NCBI GenBank assembly: GCA_013239625.1
Contig: MU053873.1
Coordinates: 12,524-76,523, forward strand
DNA: 64,000 nt
Source: Lama guanicoe
Lineage: Eukaryota
Reading direction: 5' to 3'
Shown here: positions 12,601 to 24,965 of the stretch, in pieces
How the letters are laid out: every line of letters starts with the position of its first letter
Numbering within the stretch: the first letter of the stretch is position 1
Notes under the pieces: model-generated
Seen by the model: only the letters and a program-made list of their open reading frames with translations
What the model was told of the DNA's origin: nothing
Databases searched by the model: none
Translations under genes and position numbers: made by a program

Positions 12601-14900
12601 CCATTATACGAAAGAGGAAAGTGAGGCTGAGAGACAATGAACAACTTGCATGGCTCCCTCCTAGCAATCACTGTTTCGTCTGCTTCCCAGGCCGGCATTA
12701 TCACCACACCATGTGTGCACTTTCCAGCCTGGCTTCCGACTTCTTTCCCGGCTCGAGTTCAAAATACATTCCATGGGGTGTGCTGAGTTGAAATGAGTTT
12801 TTCCCTAAGCCCTGGGGTACTTTCTGTTATTCTACATTGCTGCGGCGATTCCTAGAAGAAATTCTTTCTCTGCTTTTAATTACATTCACTTAGTGAAGCA
12901 TTTGCTGGGCACCTGCTTGGTGCCAGGTTCCCTAAGGGGATGACACAGCCCTGTCTTCAAGGAACTGGAAACAGACCCAAAGGCAAATCCTGAAGACCAT
13001 GTTCAAGGATACCTACTCAAGCCTGACCAGGCCTGTCAGCCTGAGAACTTCCCGGTGTTAACTCTAACCCCACTTGACCCTGGGCCCACGGTCTCATTTA
13101 ACTCACAACCACCCTTGGGGAGGAGGCCTCATGTCCACTTTATGGATGAAGAAACTGAGGCCCATGGTTTTCTTGTGCCATGCTGATTTGGAGGGAAGCT
13201 CAGATTCCAGCCCAAAGAGGGCTGATTCCAGAGCCTGTGTTCTTAACCACTCTGCAGCACTGTCCCCCAAAGTCTCCCATCCCCTTTCCTGAAACCCTCC
13301 CTCCCTCCCTCCCACCCACCGTCTCTGCCTCCACCAATCCCAGCTGGCCTCACCTCGGAGCCAGCGCAGGAGGAAGTAGTCATCAGCTTTGGGCAGGGTG
13401 GGCAGCAGGTCCTGAAGGTTGTCCCGGAACTGAGGGGGGAATATAACAGTCAGAGGGGCTCCCATGACCCCTAGATTCCCAGCCTTGTCCCAGACCCTTT
13501 CCACCCTCAGTCTACCAGTCAGTCCTGCCCACATACCCTGCAGGATAGGGGCTGCAGACTTAGCAGCAAATGCCTGGACCATTTTGCCAACTGGAAATGG
13601 GGCCGCCCTCAGCCCCTACCATAGCAGGAAGAGTTCGGTCCTTCTCAAACTCAGGGGGTTCTCTGCCCCCGAAGACCCTCATTCCATAGGTCTGAGGTAG
13701 GACCGTGCCATTCTGATTTTTACAAAGATCCCTGGTGAATCTGATGCAGGCCAACAAGCCATATGGAGAAAGCAGCAGCTGGAATGTGGCCACAGGTGGT
13801 GACAATCAGGCTTAGGACAGGGCTAGAAGGAAATGCTCTTAGGCATGGTTTCTAGACTGCCAGGATCACGGGTAATTGCTCCCCATTTCTTCCAACTTTT
13901 CTCTTTTTCCTTAATTTTTGAAATAACAAGCATTCATTTCTTCTAAAGAATGGAAAGAATGAGAATAAACTCTTTTACATTGTTGAAAGCTCTTTGGTCC
14001 ATGAGCATCTCCACCATAATTCATCCCAAAGGCCAGGTGTCCAGTTCCCCCACGAGCCTAGTGTCTGGGGCCATTTCCAGTGGAGAGGGTTCACCAGGGG
14101 ACAACCCCTGCTCTTCCACCTGAGGACCTCTCCTTCATCTGAGGATGCTCTGTTTCTGGAACCGTCTCCTTTACCTTGGGATTCACCCAGGGACCTTATC
14201 GTTCACCTGGGGTCCCTACACCTTCACCTGGGGTCCCTACTCCTCCCAAAGTAGGAGCCTCAAAAGAAGTCATTCTCCATGAGTCTGAAACTGCCTTTTT
14301 GCTCATGGTGCCTGCCAGGGCTGTGACACTTCTCCCACCCTCGCTTCACACCAACCCTGAAGCCAGTTTCCAGTCCCTGGCCACCTGAAAACCGAATTAA
14401 TGCTGGGTCATCTAAGACCTTCCCCATGGTCATGACACTTTCAGGTGAGGCAGGGCTGTCTTGAAATCAATAACCCTACCTCTGTTTTCCTTTAATGAAA
14501 ACATTAACCACAGGGAGAAGGCTGGGCCCCTGGTGAGTCAGAAAGCCGCAAGGAGAAACCAAACAAACAAATGTTGCAATCTGGGCAGGAGACCTGGGAA
14601 TCCGCTCAGGGCTGCCCCAAAGCCGATGACAGTACCACCCTCCCCATAACCAGTGATCATAGGCCCAGGCTGGCTGGCCAGGAGCCGACAGAGGTGGAAA
14701 GCTGGACTTGGCCCCAGAGTCGCCGAGTATTGGGTACATGTCTGCCTCAGCACGTGCCGGTGGGAGCCGGCGGGCTGGACAGAAGCGCTCTCCAGGGCCC
14801 CCCCTCCCCCATCTATCCCAAGCCTCCCGGCCTCCAAGCTCCTCACCGTGGCCAGCGCCTCCTGCTGCTGGGGGCTCAGGTCCCCAACTCGGCCGCTCAT
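3517..14900 (-). CDS. SEC14L4: SEC14-like lipid-binding protein 4 (CRAL-TRIO + GOLD domains), 12 coding exons, 406 aa
   Basis: complement(join(3517..3656,4691..4860,4952..5091,5168..5274,5599..5682,6578..6638,6942..7037,8392..8580,8708..8767,9083..9126,13354..13429,14847..14900)) = 1221 nt, all introns GT-AG, no internal stop. Peptides [34 protein letters not shown] and LLPDKASEE match SEC14L4 rather than L2/L3. Confidence 0.95.
4691..4860 (-). CDS. SEC14L4: SEC14L4 coding exon 11 ([13 protein letters not shown]...LQAGV)
   Basis: 170 nt, AG/GT bounded. Confidence 0.95.
4952..5091 (-). CDS. SEC14L4: SEC14L4 coding exon 10 ([12 protein letters not shown]...FPGCVLR)
   Basis: 140 nt, AG/GT bounded. 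Confidence 0.95.
5168..5274 (-). CDS. SEC14L4: SEC14L4 coding exon 9 ([35 protein letters not shown])
   Basis: 107 nt, AG/GT bounded. Confidence 0.95.
5599..5682 (-). CDS. SEC14L4: SEC14L4 coding exon 8 ([28 protein letters not shown])
   Basis: 84 nt, AG/GT bounded. Confidence 0.95.
6578..6638 (-). CDS. SEC14L4: SEC14L4 coding exon 7 ([20 protein letters not shown])
   Basis: 61 nt, AG/GT bounded. Confidence 0.95.
6942..7037 (-). CDS. SEC14L4: SEC14L4 coding exon 6 ([32 protein letters not shown])
   Basis: 96 nt, AG/GT bounded. Confidence 0.95.
8392..8580 (-). CDS. SEC14L4: SEC14L4 coding exon 5 (VIQLYDSGG...DLQSQK)
   Basis: 189 nt, AG/GT bounded. Confidence 0.95.
8708..8767 (-). CDS. SEC14L4: SEC14L4 coding exon 4 ([20 protein letters not shown])
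   Basis: 60 nt, AG/GT bounded. Confidence 0.95.
9083..9126 (-). CDS. SEC14L4: SEC14L4 coding exon 3 ([15 protein letters not shown])
   Basis: 44 nt, AG/GT bounded. Confidence 0.93.
10320..11560 (-). mobile_element. Ancient degenerate L1 fragment in SEC14L4 intron 2
   Basis: T-rich L1 ORF2-like antisense sequence. Confidence 0.6.
13354..13429 (-). CDS. SEC14L4: SEC14L4 coding exon 2 ([25 protein letters not shown])
   Basis: 76 nt, CAG acceptor and GTGAGG donor. Confidence 0.95.
14847..14900 (-). CDS. SEC14L4: SEC14L4 coding exon 1 ([18 protein letters not shown])
   Basis: GCACCATG start context, 54 nt, GTGAGG donor. Confidence 0.93.
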
Positions 14901-15110
14901 GGTGCCCGAGAGCGCTCAGGAGCCACAGGACGCGAGTGTCCAGAACGAGTCAGTCCTCCCGCCGCCTGGCCTCGCCGCCCGCCGCCGCTGCCTGGTTTTG
15001 CCCAGCGGGTCGGAGGTTTGTCCCGCCCCCACGACTGGAGAGCGCCAGTCCCGCCCCGCCCCGCCCCGTCCCGCCCGCTTCTCGCTTTCTCTCGGGGGCT
15101 TTTCCCACAG
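14900..15110 (-). promoter_or_regulatory. CpG-rich SEC14L4 promoter/5'UTR with tandem GC boxes
   Basis: High CpG density around exon 1; CCGCCC repeats at ~15020-15077 (Sp/KLF-type sites). Confidence 0.7.
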
Positions 15111-15944
15111 TCTTCAAGACTCACCCTGCCCGGGGCAGGGAGGTGACCTGCCCCAAGAGGGATCCCAGAGCACAGATTCCAGTCGAGGGCAGCAGGTACT
15201 CCCTCCTCCCCGCCCCTCCCACCTCTGGCCTCATCCCAGGGGCTCGTACAGGTTCCGCCAGGCAGGCAAGGGGGGTGGGGGCATAAAGGACACGTGGGCA
15301 AGATTCAGGGAACACACCCGAGATCCCTTCCGAGCAAACTTTTAATAAACCTGGCTCAACCCTCTAGGTGGTCTCCAAGCCTTTCTGCCCAAGGGGCCCC
15401 CAACCTCCCTCCTTTGACCTTGAACGCAGACTGGATCCTGTGAGTGCTCAGTAACCAACAGGAGAGCCCTTATGTGCAAAATGGTTCCAGCCTCCTAGAT
15501 GGTCCGGTGGATTAGATACAAAGAGGTGCCATGAGTTCACCTGGAACCGCACACCTGGCACCGCACACCTGGCAAGTTTCATAATTACTACTATTGAGGC
15601 TGTCACCAGAGCTGCAAGCTGCAGGGGCAGAAATGCAAGGATGGCCCCAGTGGTGAGCTCCTGGGCAGGACCCGCAGCCCAAAGGCTGGGAGTAGAAGGT
15701 GGCGTGGACAGATGGAATCCCTGGCCGGGTGCTGGAGGGGTTGGGAGGCCAAAGGTGATGGGTGGCTGACACAGGTGTCCAGGATGGCATCCCAGAGCCA
15801 GGCAGAGGTCCCTGGGGAAGGTGAGAAAACCCAAGCTGGCTGGCCAGGAATTTTCGAGAAAGAGGAGCAGGTGGGAGGTGAAGGTGAAGAGGGCAGAACT
15901 TTACCTTCTACTCTCCCTTGGGATCAAACCAAATTCTACACCTC

Positions 15945-16600
15945 TGCTGACCACTCTGGTGGCCATGAGCCACCTATGGCTGAGCACTGGGAACATGTCA
16001 CTAGTGTGAATGGAGAGGAAATATAAGCGTACAATACACAGCAAATTTTGAAGACAGTACCAAAAAAAGTTTCATTAATTTTTTATATTGATTACTTGTT
16101 GAAAGAATATTTTTGGATATATTGGGTTAACAAGATATGTTGTTAAAATTAACTTCACCAGTTTGTTTTACTTTTTGATAATTTTTTAAATTAATAAATT
16201 TTATTTTTAGGGTAGATTTAGATTCACAGCAAAACTGAGCAGAAGTTATAGAGAGCTCTCATATTATCTCCTGTCCCCATAGACGCAGCCTACAGACATC
16301 CCCCACCAAAGTGGTACATTTGTTACAATCAGTAAACCCACATTAACATGTTGTTATCACCCAAAGTGCGTAGTTTACATTAGGTTTACTCTTGGTGTTG
16401 TACAGGCTATGAGTCTGAACAAATATATAATGACATAAATTCACCACTAAATATTTTCACTATCCTAAAGATCTTCTGTGCTCCACCTATTTTTTTGTTC
16501 ACTTTAAAAAAAATATGGCTACCAGGAAATTTAAAATTACATGTGTGTCTCACATTTGTGGCTTGCATTGTGTTTCATTTGAATGGTACTGTCCTAGAAG
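15945..16600. mobile_element. MER33-like MITE with an inserted L1 3' fragment (~16180-16495, - strand)
   Basis: MITE halves flank a T-rich L1M 3'UTR-type sequence. Confidence 0.55.
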
Positions 16601-17769
16601 GATTTTAAATCTTAAGGGGAAAGAAAGAAAGAAATTACAAAAGGCTAAAAGAAAGTAAAAGTGATGCTACCACATCGCTGGGAGGGCATGGTCTGCACTT
16701 AAAAGCAGTGACAGAAATCATGAAGGGCGATCAGTTGATTTGATTATACATAAATACAAAAATCTGTTAAACAAGAAACAGAATTAAGCAGTTAGTCAGT
16801 ATTGGCTGATGTGAATTTGGGGAAAAAGACAATGTACAAAAATTGATATCCTTCAAGAAGGCATGCAAACTGATAAGAAAAATAGTAAGACACAAAGAAA
16901 TGGGCAAAGGAGTCAAAGCACCAATTATCAGAAGAGAAAACGCACAGGGACAGTACCAGGTGGATAAATGCTCAACCTCAGGGTTATCAAAGGAATATGT
17001 GTACAAGCAACAAGACACTTTTTCAACAAAACAAAACACACACACACACAGACACAAAACCTTTTTTTAAAAAATGAGAATAAAGTTAGTTATAAGTCGG
17101 AGAAATGGAGACATTCATACATTGTTGGCAGGACTGCAAACTGATTCAGCTTTTTTGGAAAACTACTTGGCACTACACGTTAGGATTCTTCGATAGCTTA
17201 CCACTTTGCCCAATAACAGTTCTAACAAACAGAAGATATTTTCAGCTTAAAGTTGTTTGTGGTTAATAAGAAAACAAAATAATTTTTCAGGAAACCACGG
17301 TGCTTAATGTGGTAGATGAGGAGCTTACGATGACATGGGGAAAAAAATATCATGAAACGAGTTAGAGGAGACAGGACTGTATTACATATGCCAAGTGCTT
17401 CCAGAATGTAAACCCAAATCCACTCAATAAAAGAAAGGCCAGACAGCAATAGAAATTTGTCCCCAACTTTTCTCAGTCCTCGAGGAATGGAAAAACTTAT
17501 ATTTTTTAAATGCCACAAGTAAGAATTCATATTTCAAGAAAAGTCTTTATTTAACCAGCACTTACCAGTGTTTTCTACGGGCCAGGCCCTGCTCTAAGGG
17601 CTTCATAAATATTAGCTCAGCACTGTCAGTGGGTAGGTAATGGGAGCCACATGGGTAACTTTAACTTCTCTGGCAGCCACATGAAATTTTTTAATTTTAA
17701 TAATATATTTTATTTAACATAATAGACCCAAAATATCATTTCAACATACGATCAATATGATTATATTAG

Positions 17770-19000
17770 TGGCTAGAGAGACCCCCCCAAACTGAAAAGC
17801 CCACCAAAATTTGTGGGCAAGCCCTGCTTTAAACGTATAGGTCCTTGCCTGTCAACTGAGACAGAATTCTCAATAATGGGAAAGGGGCAAAGTGATAAAA
17901 AAAAAAAAAAAGAAAGCTGCTTTATTGCTCAGAGAGAGAAAAAAGAAAACACTCTCGTGGGGAGCCATTAGCCAGGTAGCCGGTTAGACAGCTCCAGCCC
18001 CTGATCCATCCTCAGGGTCTTCCACTGGAAGGCTCTACCATCGTGATCTTCACTCGGGTGGTGCCAAGCATCTTCTACACCTGTTTCTTTCCTATCGCGG
18101 AGCTCAGCCTTTAAACAAAAACTTCACCAGGAAAGAGAATAAAGCAAGAGATATTGGGGTACATCCTCGGAATTAATGCAGCAGTTCTGGAACTTAAATC
18201 ATCCTGCTGTATGACTATGTCCTTGGAATTAAGGGGTCAGCTACCGAGCTGCAGAACAAAATATGTTACAGCTCAGTTGTGACAGCAACCTGGATCCAGG
18301 CAAGAGACCAAACAGCACTAGGAGAATTGGAGAACTCAGGTTTATTAGGCCAACAGGCCCAAAACAGTAACACTCTAAGCTTTGGACCCTGTCTGTGGGT
18401 TTACGCCGGGTTTTACAGGCTGCCAGTTTACACTTTGCAACATCATATGCAAATGATGTATAACGAAAGTTGACTAATTAGGAACAAGTTTTGTAGAAAT
18501 GGACCAATCGGGGGAAGAGAAATAACCAATCAGGAGTGAGGGAAATAACCAACCAGGAGTGAGCTCCATGCAAATGAAGTACTACAAATGGACCAATCAG
18601 AAGTTAGGGAAATGAACCAATCAGGAGTGAAGGAGGTAATCAATCAGGAGTGAAGGAAATAATCAATCAGGAGTGAGCTCAGGGAACCAATAGAATTTTA
18701 GGGGTAAGTAAGCTGTTTCAGAGGCAAAAAGTGAGATAGAGCCTCTGGGCCAGGGAACCAGATGGTGCTGGCAGGAGAGTAGTGGCCCTGCCTGGGGGTC
18801 CTGCAGGTCTTTTTATGGGGCTTCCCGCCTCAGCGGGATAAGAGAAACAGCCTGGTCATTTTACTTTGTTCTGTTTTGTGCTTTTTTTTTTTTTTAAACA
18901 GCCTGGCACTTTCTTTCCCTTGTTAATCAGCCAGGGTCAGTAAGCCTGTCTAATTACCTCTCTTAATTACTAATCGAGATAAATTAATGATCTCATCTGT
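17770..19000 (-). mobile_element. Older ERV LTR split by the 18278-18832 LTR
   Basis: LTR-like composition with a - strand AATAAA at ~17921; itself interrupts a MER33-like element. Confidence 0.55.
18278..18832 (-). mobile_element. ERV solo LTR with tandem CCAAT repeats
   Basis: TG...CA ends, AATAAA on the - strand at 18342-18347, repeated CCAATCAGGAGTGA units. Confidence 0.75.
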
Positions 19001-19122
19001 AAGTAATAGTGAGCTATCTTGCATTTTTTTGGTACCAAGTTTTTGAAATCCAGTGTGCACTTAAGTATAGCACATTTCAACTCCAACCAGCCACATTTCA
19101 GGTGCTTGATCAGCCACATATG

Positions 19123-19580
19123 CTGTTATGGGTTGAACTGTGTCCTCCCAAAATTCATATGTTGATGTCTTAATCCCCTATGAATGTGGTCTTACGTGGA
19201 AACTGGGTCATTGCAGATGTAATTAGTTAAGATGAGATTGGTATGGAGTAGGGTGCGCCCCTATTCCAATATGACCAGTGTCCTTAATAAAAGGGGAAAT
19301 TTGGATCCAGACCGGCACAGGGGAGAACGCATGTGAAGATGAAGGCAGAGATCAGGGTGATGCTTCTATAAGACACAGAACGCCAAACATGGCCAGTCAA
19401 CCGTCAGAAGCTAGGGGAGAAGCATGGACCAGATTCTTCCTTACGGTCCTCGGAAGGAACCAACCCAGCCGACACCTTCATCTTGGACTTCTAGCCTCCA
19501 GCTATGTGAGAGAATACATCTTGCTGTTTAAGCCACTCAGTGTGGGAGCTTTGTTAAAGCCACCCTAGCAAATTAATACA
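19123..19580 (+). mobile_element. MaLR LTR (MLT1-type)
   Basis: TGTTATGGGTTGAACTGTGTCCTCCCAAAATTCATATGTTGA...TAATACA characteristic ends. Confidence 0.85.
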
Positions 19581-20974
19581 AGTGATCAGCGGTTGCCATT
19601 TTGGACAGTCCAGTGTTAGCTCATTTAATCCTCTGGACACGTTCTGAGGTCAGGTCTATTGTTATCCTCACTTATGGACAAAATCTAAAGCCAAGGAGGC
19701 TCTCAAGGTCTCACAGCCAGTGAGCAGCAAAGCCAGGATTGGAACCCAGGCAGCTGGTGCTGGGCTGGTTGCTAACCCTTCTGCCTGCCGAGCTCCACGG
19801 TTCCAGGTCACTCTTTAAGTCCCTGTCTTTCCCGCACAGGGAAGATGTCCTCCGCTGACCCTGTACCACACCACCACCTCCTCAAACTTCAGCTGATGCT
19901 GGGCATGGAGGACTTTTGCTCTACCCATCTGGGCACCAGACAGATGACTCCCTCTTCCGTGATGGGCCCAACTCCTCCCACTTTACAAAACATGACTCAT
20001 TCCCTAGGTCCCTCCGACCTGTGGGCTGAGAATGATGGTGCTGTCATGGTATGTAACCCTAATCCCACACCTCCCCGCCCACTCACAGCAGTGCCTCTCC
20101 CTCTCACCTTCCGGGTGCTCCTCAAACTCCTGGCATCTCTCAGTGGCTGCAGGTGCCCTGCTTGTAGTCTGAATTCACACTTGTAACCTGTCAACTGAAG
20201 GAAACCCCATAATCTGAACAGCACCTCCGTTGTTGGGGTGGGATCAGGCTTTGCAGGAGCCCCTGCCCACTCTGCCCTCACATCTTGGCTCAGTCAGCCC
20301 CATCCTACAGATGGCCGAGCAGATGCCAATGGATGTCTCTCCAAAAGCATAGGACTTGCCTTGGGTTGCCCTAGGTGCAGGGGTTGGGAGAGAGAATCTG
20401 CCGGACACGCATGCCCACGGCAGGGTGGCTACATGCTTGGGCCTGCCTGGGAAATGGAGATTAGGTTCTAGGGCAGCCAGGGGAGGGCTTCCTTAGCTCC
20501 CCTACCATCTCAGGGCGACTGCAGGGAAAGGCAGGGCCTTGTGTGACCACATCACCCCATCCTCTGCTCCCCAGGAAAGGAGATGGCCACAAGGGCCTGT
20601 GCGAGAGAGCGGTGAGCAAGGGGAGCCTGACCACCTACCCAAAGATCTGGGACCAGGGAAGGAGGTGGGTTAGGGGTCTGGGGTCATGTTTGGACTCCTA
20701 TCTTTCTTCCTCTACAAAAGCCAGGAGGTTCTTGGCCTTCCCAGACCACAGATGACCAAGAGGGGAGTGTATAGAGCTATCTCTCTCCCCTTGCTGCTCT
20801 CTCCTACCACAGGGCCTTTGCACATGCCACCCCCCAACTTGAACACTCTTCTCTTCCTTCCTCTTCCTGTACTGCCTTGTTAGTGCCTTCTCACCTCCTC
20901 TGATCCCCCAGTTAAATGCTCAAACAGACCCCTACTCCTCTTTGGCAGAGTATTGTTCTCATTAGACATGGCTT

Positions 20975-21118
20975 TTTTATTTTAATCCTTTTTAAAAATT
21001 TCTTTGGGGAGGGTAGGTAATTAAGTTTATTTATTTATTTTCAGTGGAGGTACTGGGGATTGAACCCAGGACCTCATGCATACTAAGTACACACTCTACC
21101 ACTGAGCTATCCCCTCCC
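20975..21118 (-). mobile_element. tRNA-derived SINE (camelid Vic-1 type)
   Basis: A box TAGCTCAGTGG, B box GGTTCAATCC, A-rich tail; 13-bp TSD TTAGACATGGCTT at 20962-20974 and 21119-21131. Confidence 0.9.
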
Positions 21119-22899
21119 TTAGACATGGCTTGGTTTGACTGCCTTAACTGCCAGCCCCAGGAAGTCATGGGCCATATTTGCTGCTCACCGTTGTACCCAT
21201 GTGCCCATTTCACATGTGCCAGACTGAGCTTCAGAGGCTGGTGAGAGCCAGAGCCAGAATTTGAACTCTTATTTGTCTGCACTCAATACCTGTATCCTTA
21301 ACCACCACCTGTCCCAGAAGATGTTCTGGGTGAGGTGATGGCCCAAAGAAGCTCACAGAGGTGAGAGGGAAGAGAGCTGTTTCAAGACTAGGTCAGGTCA
21401 TGAAGAAACTTCAGACCTTTCTGGGGGCTTGGAGCTATGCCCTATCAGAGTGGGGAGCCTTTGAAGCTTTTAGAGGAAGAGACCAATGTGATTACCTCTG
21501 CCAGGAAGATAATCTTGGCCAGGTGTGGAGAGTGACCTGGAGACAGCAGATATTCAGAGCTGGGAAACCGGTCAGGATGCTGTTGCATAAATTCATGATG
21601 GAGGTGGGAGGGCAGCATGGAGGAGCAAAGTGAGCAGGGGCAGGTCAGAGCCTCACCTCCATCCCAACCAGAGCTGTGTCGCAGACTTGCTTGGAGATTA
21701 CTGAGGATCTGGATGTTGCTCGGTGCCTGGCCCGTGGGAGTCATGTTCTACTTGTAAATTACACATTCATTACACCTGATGGTTTTGAGCACTTCAAATC
21801 CCATGACTAGAAAATGCAGAAATCCAGGGAATCCAAAAACTTACTACAATTTTACTTAAGCTTGTTCCTAAACATCCCATCTGAAATTAATTTGTTTATT
21901 GATCATTTTGATACTTGTTTTCATACCTTCCTATGATGTAGCCACAGGGTTACAGTCGTATACTTTGACATCCTTGAATTTCAGTATCAGTTTTTTACTA
22001 TTTTGTTGGAATTTTAATCTGAATAGACCGAAATGAAAAAGGTAACTTTTTATTAGGTATTTTTTGGTGTTACAGCTCTGAGTTATTGACCAGTTAACTC
22101 TGGATTGGGCCACATGGATGTGGGAAGGAGGGGCTTCTCAGGTGATTAAAGCCTGAGCTGACGGTTCTCAGGCTGAATTTACTGTTTATATTTAAACATC
22201 CTTTGTTACCTCGATCAGACATCGGAAGTTCATGCCTTTTATGCAGGACTTGTTTGTTTACAACTTAAAATGAACTTTCCTTCTTCTTAAATTTCTTTTT
22301 GTGCTTTCCTGTTTTTAGGAATCCTTGGTCTGATTTGTTTCTTTAATATCCTGCCTCCTTGGTGGGGCTTTTTGTCCAGATCCTGTTGCTTCCAGAACTT
22401 CACAGGCTGCAGAGATACAGGAGGAGCTGGAGACCCCTCCGGCCCAAGCCTCTGCAGGGACCCAGGACACCAGGCCAGGCCTCTCTGCCTGCAACCACTG
22501 GGGGCCTCCCAGAGTATCCCTGGGCTCCACCAGAGCTAGGGATGGGGACAGGAGAGAGATGGAAGGAAATGTGGGTCCAACATGGATGAGGCAGGAGAGA
22601 CTCAGAGAGGAAAGGTTAAGGCCCGCACTCTGCAGCCGCCTCTCCCTGAATCCTTCCACCTGCTCCCTATGCTCCATTCCCCACAAGCCTCCCTCAAAGC
22701 TCTGCAAAGCGGGAGTCAGATTTCACTCCCCAACTTCCAGTCCCGCTTACTCAAAAAGCCAGATTCTCCAGGTGGCCTGCAGGGCCTGGGGGTGGGCCCA
22801 CGACTCATTCAGCCTCATCTCTCCATACTCACAATGGCCTCTAGTGACCCTCATCCCACGGTATTTGCACCCTCATTTAGTCCCCCTCCCACGCTGAGC

Positions 22900-23310
22900 A
22901 GAGCTGACCTGTGTGACTAGGTGACGGGAACCTGACGTACAAGGCTTGGTCATAAAGACGTTACCACCTCCTCCTTGCTCTCTGGGATCACTTGCTCTGA
23001 GGAAGCCAGCTGCCATGTTGGAAGGACACTCAAACTGTCCTCTGGGGTGGCCGCTGTGAGGAGGAACTGAGGCCTCCTGCCAACAGCCAGCACTGACTTG
23101 CCAGATACATGAGACGTCTCGGGAGCAGATCCTCCAGCCCCAGTCAAGCATCAGATGACTGCCGCTGTGGCTGATGTCTTGTCTGGAACCTAATGAGAGA
23201 CAATGGGCCAGAACCAGCCCACTAAGCCCCTCCATAATTCCTGACCACAGAAACTGGGAGATAGTGTTTGTGGTTGTTTAATTTGTGACACAAGAGATAC
23301 CTAATACACT
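22900..23310 (+). mobile_element. MaLR LTR (MLT1E/F-like)
   Basis: GAAGCCAGCTGCCATGT, GGAACTGAGGCCTCCTGCCAACAGCCAGC motifs. Confidence 0.7.
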
Positions 23311-24679
23311 CCTCTTTTGTGTCCTTGACCTTCATCCCACTCTACTGTTTATCCTTCCCTCGGGGCGGAGTAGGAGAAAGGAATCATCAGCACTGGGCTG
23401 GATGGAAGGGACATCCTGGATGTTCTCCCAGGACCGAGGGCCAAGCAGGGAGAGATCTGGGCAGAGGGTTTCCACAGTGCCCCATGCCATCAGGGGACTG
23501 GCTGGACTCCTTCAGGCCTATGGATCTCGCTTGCCCTTAGGAAAGGGGACATCTGAGAAGGGGGAGCCCACCAGTGCTGGGGGAGCACAGGCCTGGGTCA
23601 AGTCATGCCAGCTCCCTTTTCCCTCTGGGAAATGGGATAGTTGTGAGCCCCCCACACAAAGCTTCAGAGAGGATGAAATGTGGCTTAAATGAGATCTGTG
23701 ACCTGATTCTTCCCTCACATGTGTAGGGGCAGGGAGGGCCTCTCTTCAGGGCCCTGATTTCCATCCTCAGGGAGCCTCCAGACCAGTTCAGCTGGGAGGG
23801 TAAGCAACATGGAGTGGAGGCTCAGAGAGGTTGAGCAATTTGCCCAGCGTCACACAGTCAGCAAGTGGCAGAGTTGGGAGGCAAATCATGTATCTGGTCC
23901 AGGGCCCATCATCCAGGCCTGAGTGACAGCTAGCCTGACCCCAGCCTGGAAGAGGATGCTCAACCAGACAATCCTTAGGAGTGTAGCAGGTGCCCAGCCC
24001 ATCCTGAAGTGTCTGAGGGCTGAGGGCACTCCTGTGTAAATATCACTGACCGTGGGCGACAGCCAGCCTTCAGTACTGATGAATCTGGACAAGGAGTCAG
24101 CAGTCCCGGCGTGGCCTTGCCTGAGTCACTTCCCCTCTCTCTGGGTCTCGGTCTCCCCAGCCTCCAAATGGGGGCTCAGAGGACTAGCTCTGGGCCCCTC
24201 ACCCTAAGTGAGCTGAGAACCTTTGTCCTCAGGAACACGAGGGAGTGTTTCGCCCTGGGCTAAGCATTGAATTAATCCTGACATGATACTCCTGGCATCC
24301 TCATTCCCCAGATGAGAGAACTGAGGATAGAACTGGTGATGGGATTTGCTCATCCAAGATCTGAACCCAGTTCTTGACCCTAGTTTTCTTACAAGAGGAC
24401 TCATTCCTGGCACGTGGGGGAATATGCCCTCTTCCAGATGCAGGACCCTTGGAGAGCAGGAACAGAGGCCTCCGTGGCCCAGTCACGCCCTCCCTGCTGT
24501 AGAAGTGTGTGACTCTCCCTGGAGCCCACGCCTGCAGTGTTCAACCATGAGGGAAAGGCCCTATGGACCTCATGAAGAGCTCACAGGCTTGAAAGGAAAA
24601 CATGGCTGCTCCTGCCTCCCCCGGGTCACAGCTAAGGTCGTGACCTGACTTCGCTCTCTGGGCCAGCCACCCTCACCTG

Positions 24680-24965
24680 CACTGCCTGGTATGGTAGCCA
24701 TGTGACCAGTCTGACTTGAGATCCGCTGTGAGTATGAGATACATACCGGCAGGATTCCAAAGACTTAGTACAAAGAAACCTCAGTGATAATTTTAATATT
24801 GATTATATCTGAAATGATAATTTCGCTCTATTGGTTTAAAGAAAATATTAAAATTAACTTCACTTATTTCTTTTCACTTTTTTCAGTGGGGCTACTGGAA
24901 ATTTTTAAATGACACACATGGCTCGCATTTGTGGTTCGTGTTATGTCTCTGTCCAATAGCGCTGG
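24680..24965. mobile_element. MER33-like hAT MITE
   Basis: Similar to the element at 15945-16600. Confidence 0.6.

Larger units (their letters stand above)
17630..19615. mobile_element. MER33/MER3-like hAT MITE broken into three pieces by LTR insertions
   Basis: Pieces at ~17630-17770, ~19000-19122 and ~19581-19615 with AGCCACAT motifs and a TTGGACAG terminus. Confidence 0.55.

Noticed and set aside
14571..15345. Overlapping 130-230 aa ORFs at the SEC14L4 5' end
   Set aside because: Stop-poor CpG-island sequence; only the 54-nt exon is supported
21045..21118. tRNA-like sequences (also ~33100, ~34190, ~39410)
   Set aside because: SINE heads with A-rich tails, most with TSDs; not tRNA genes
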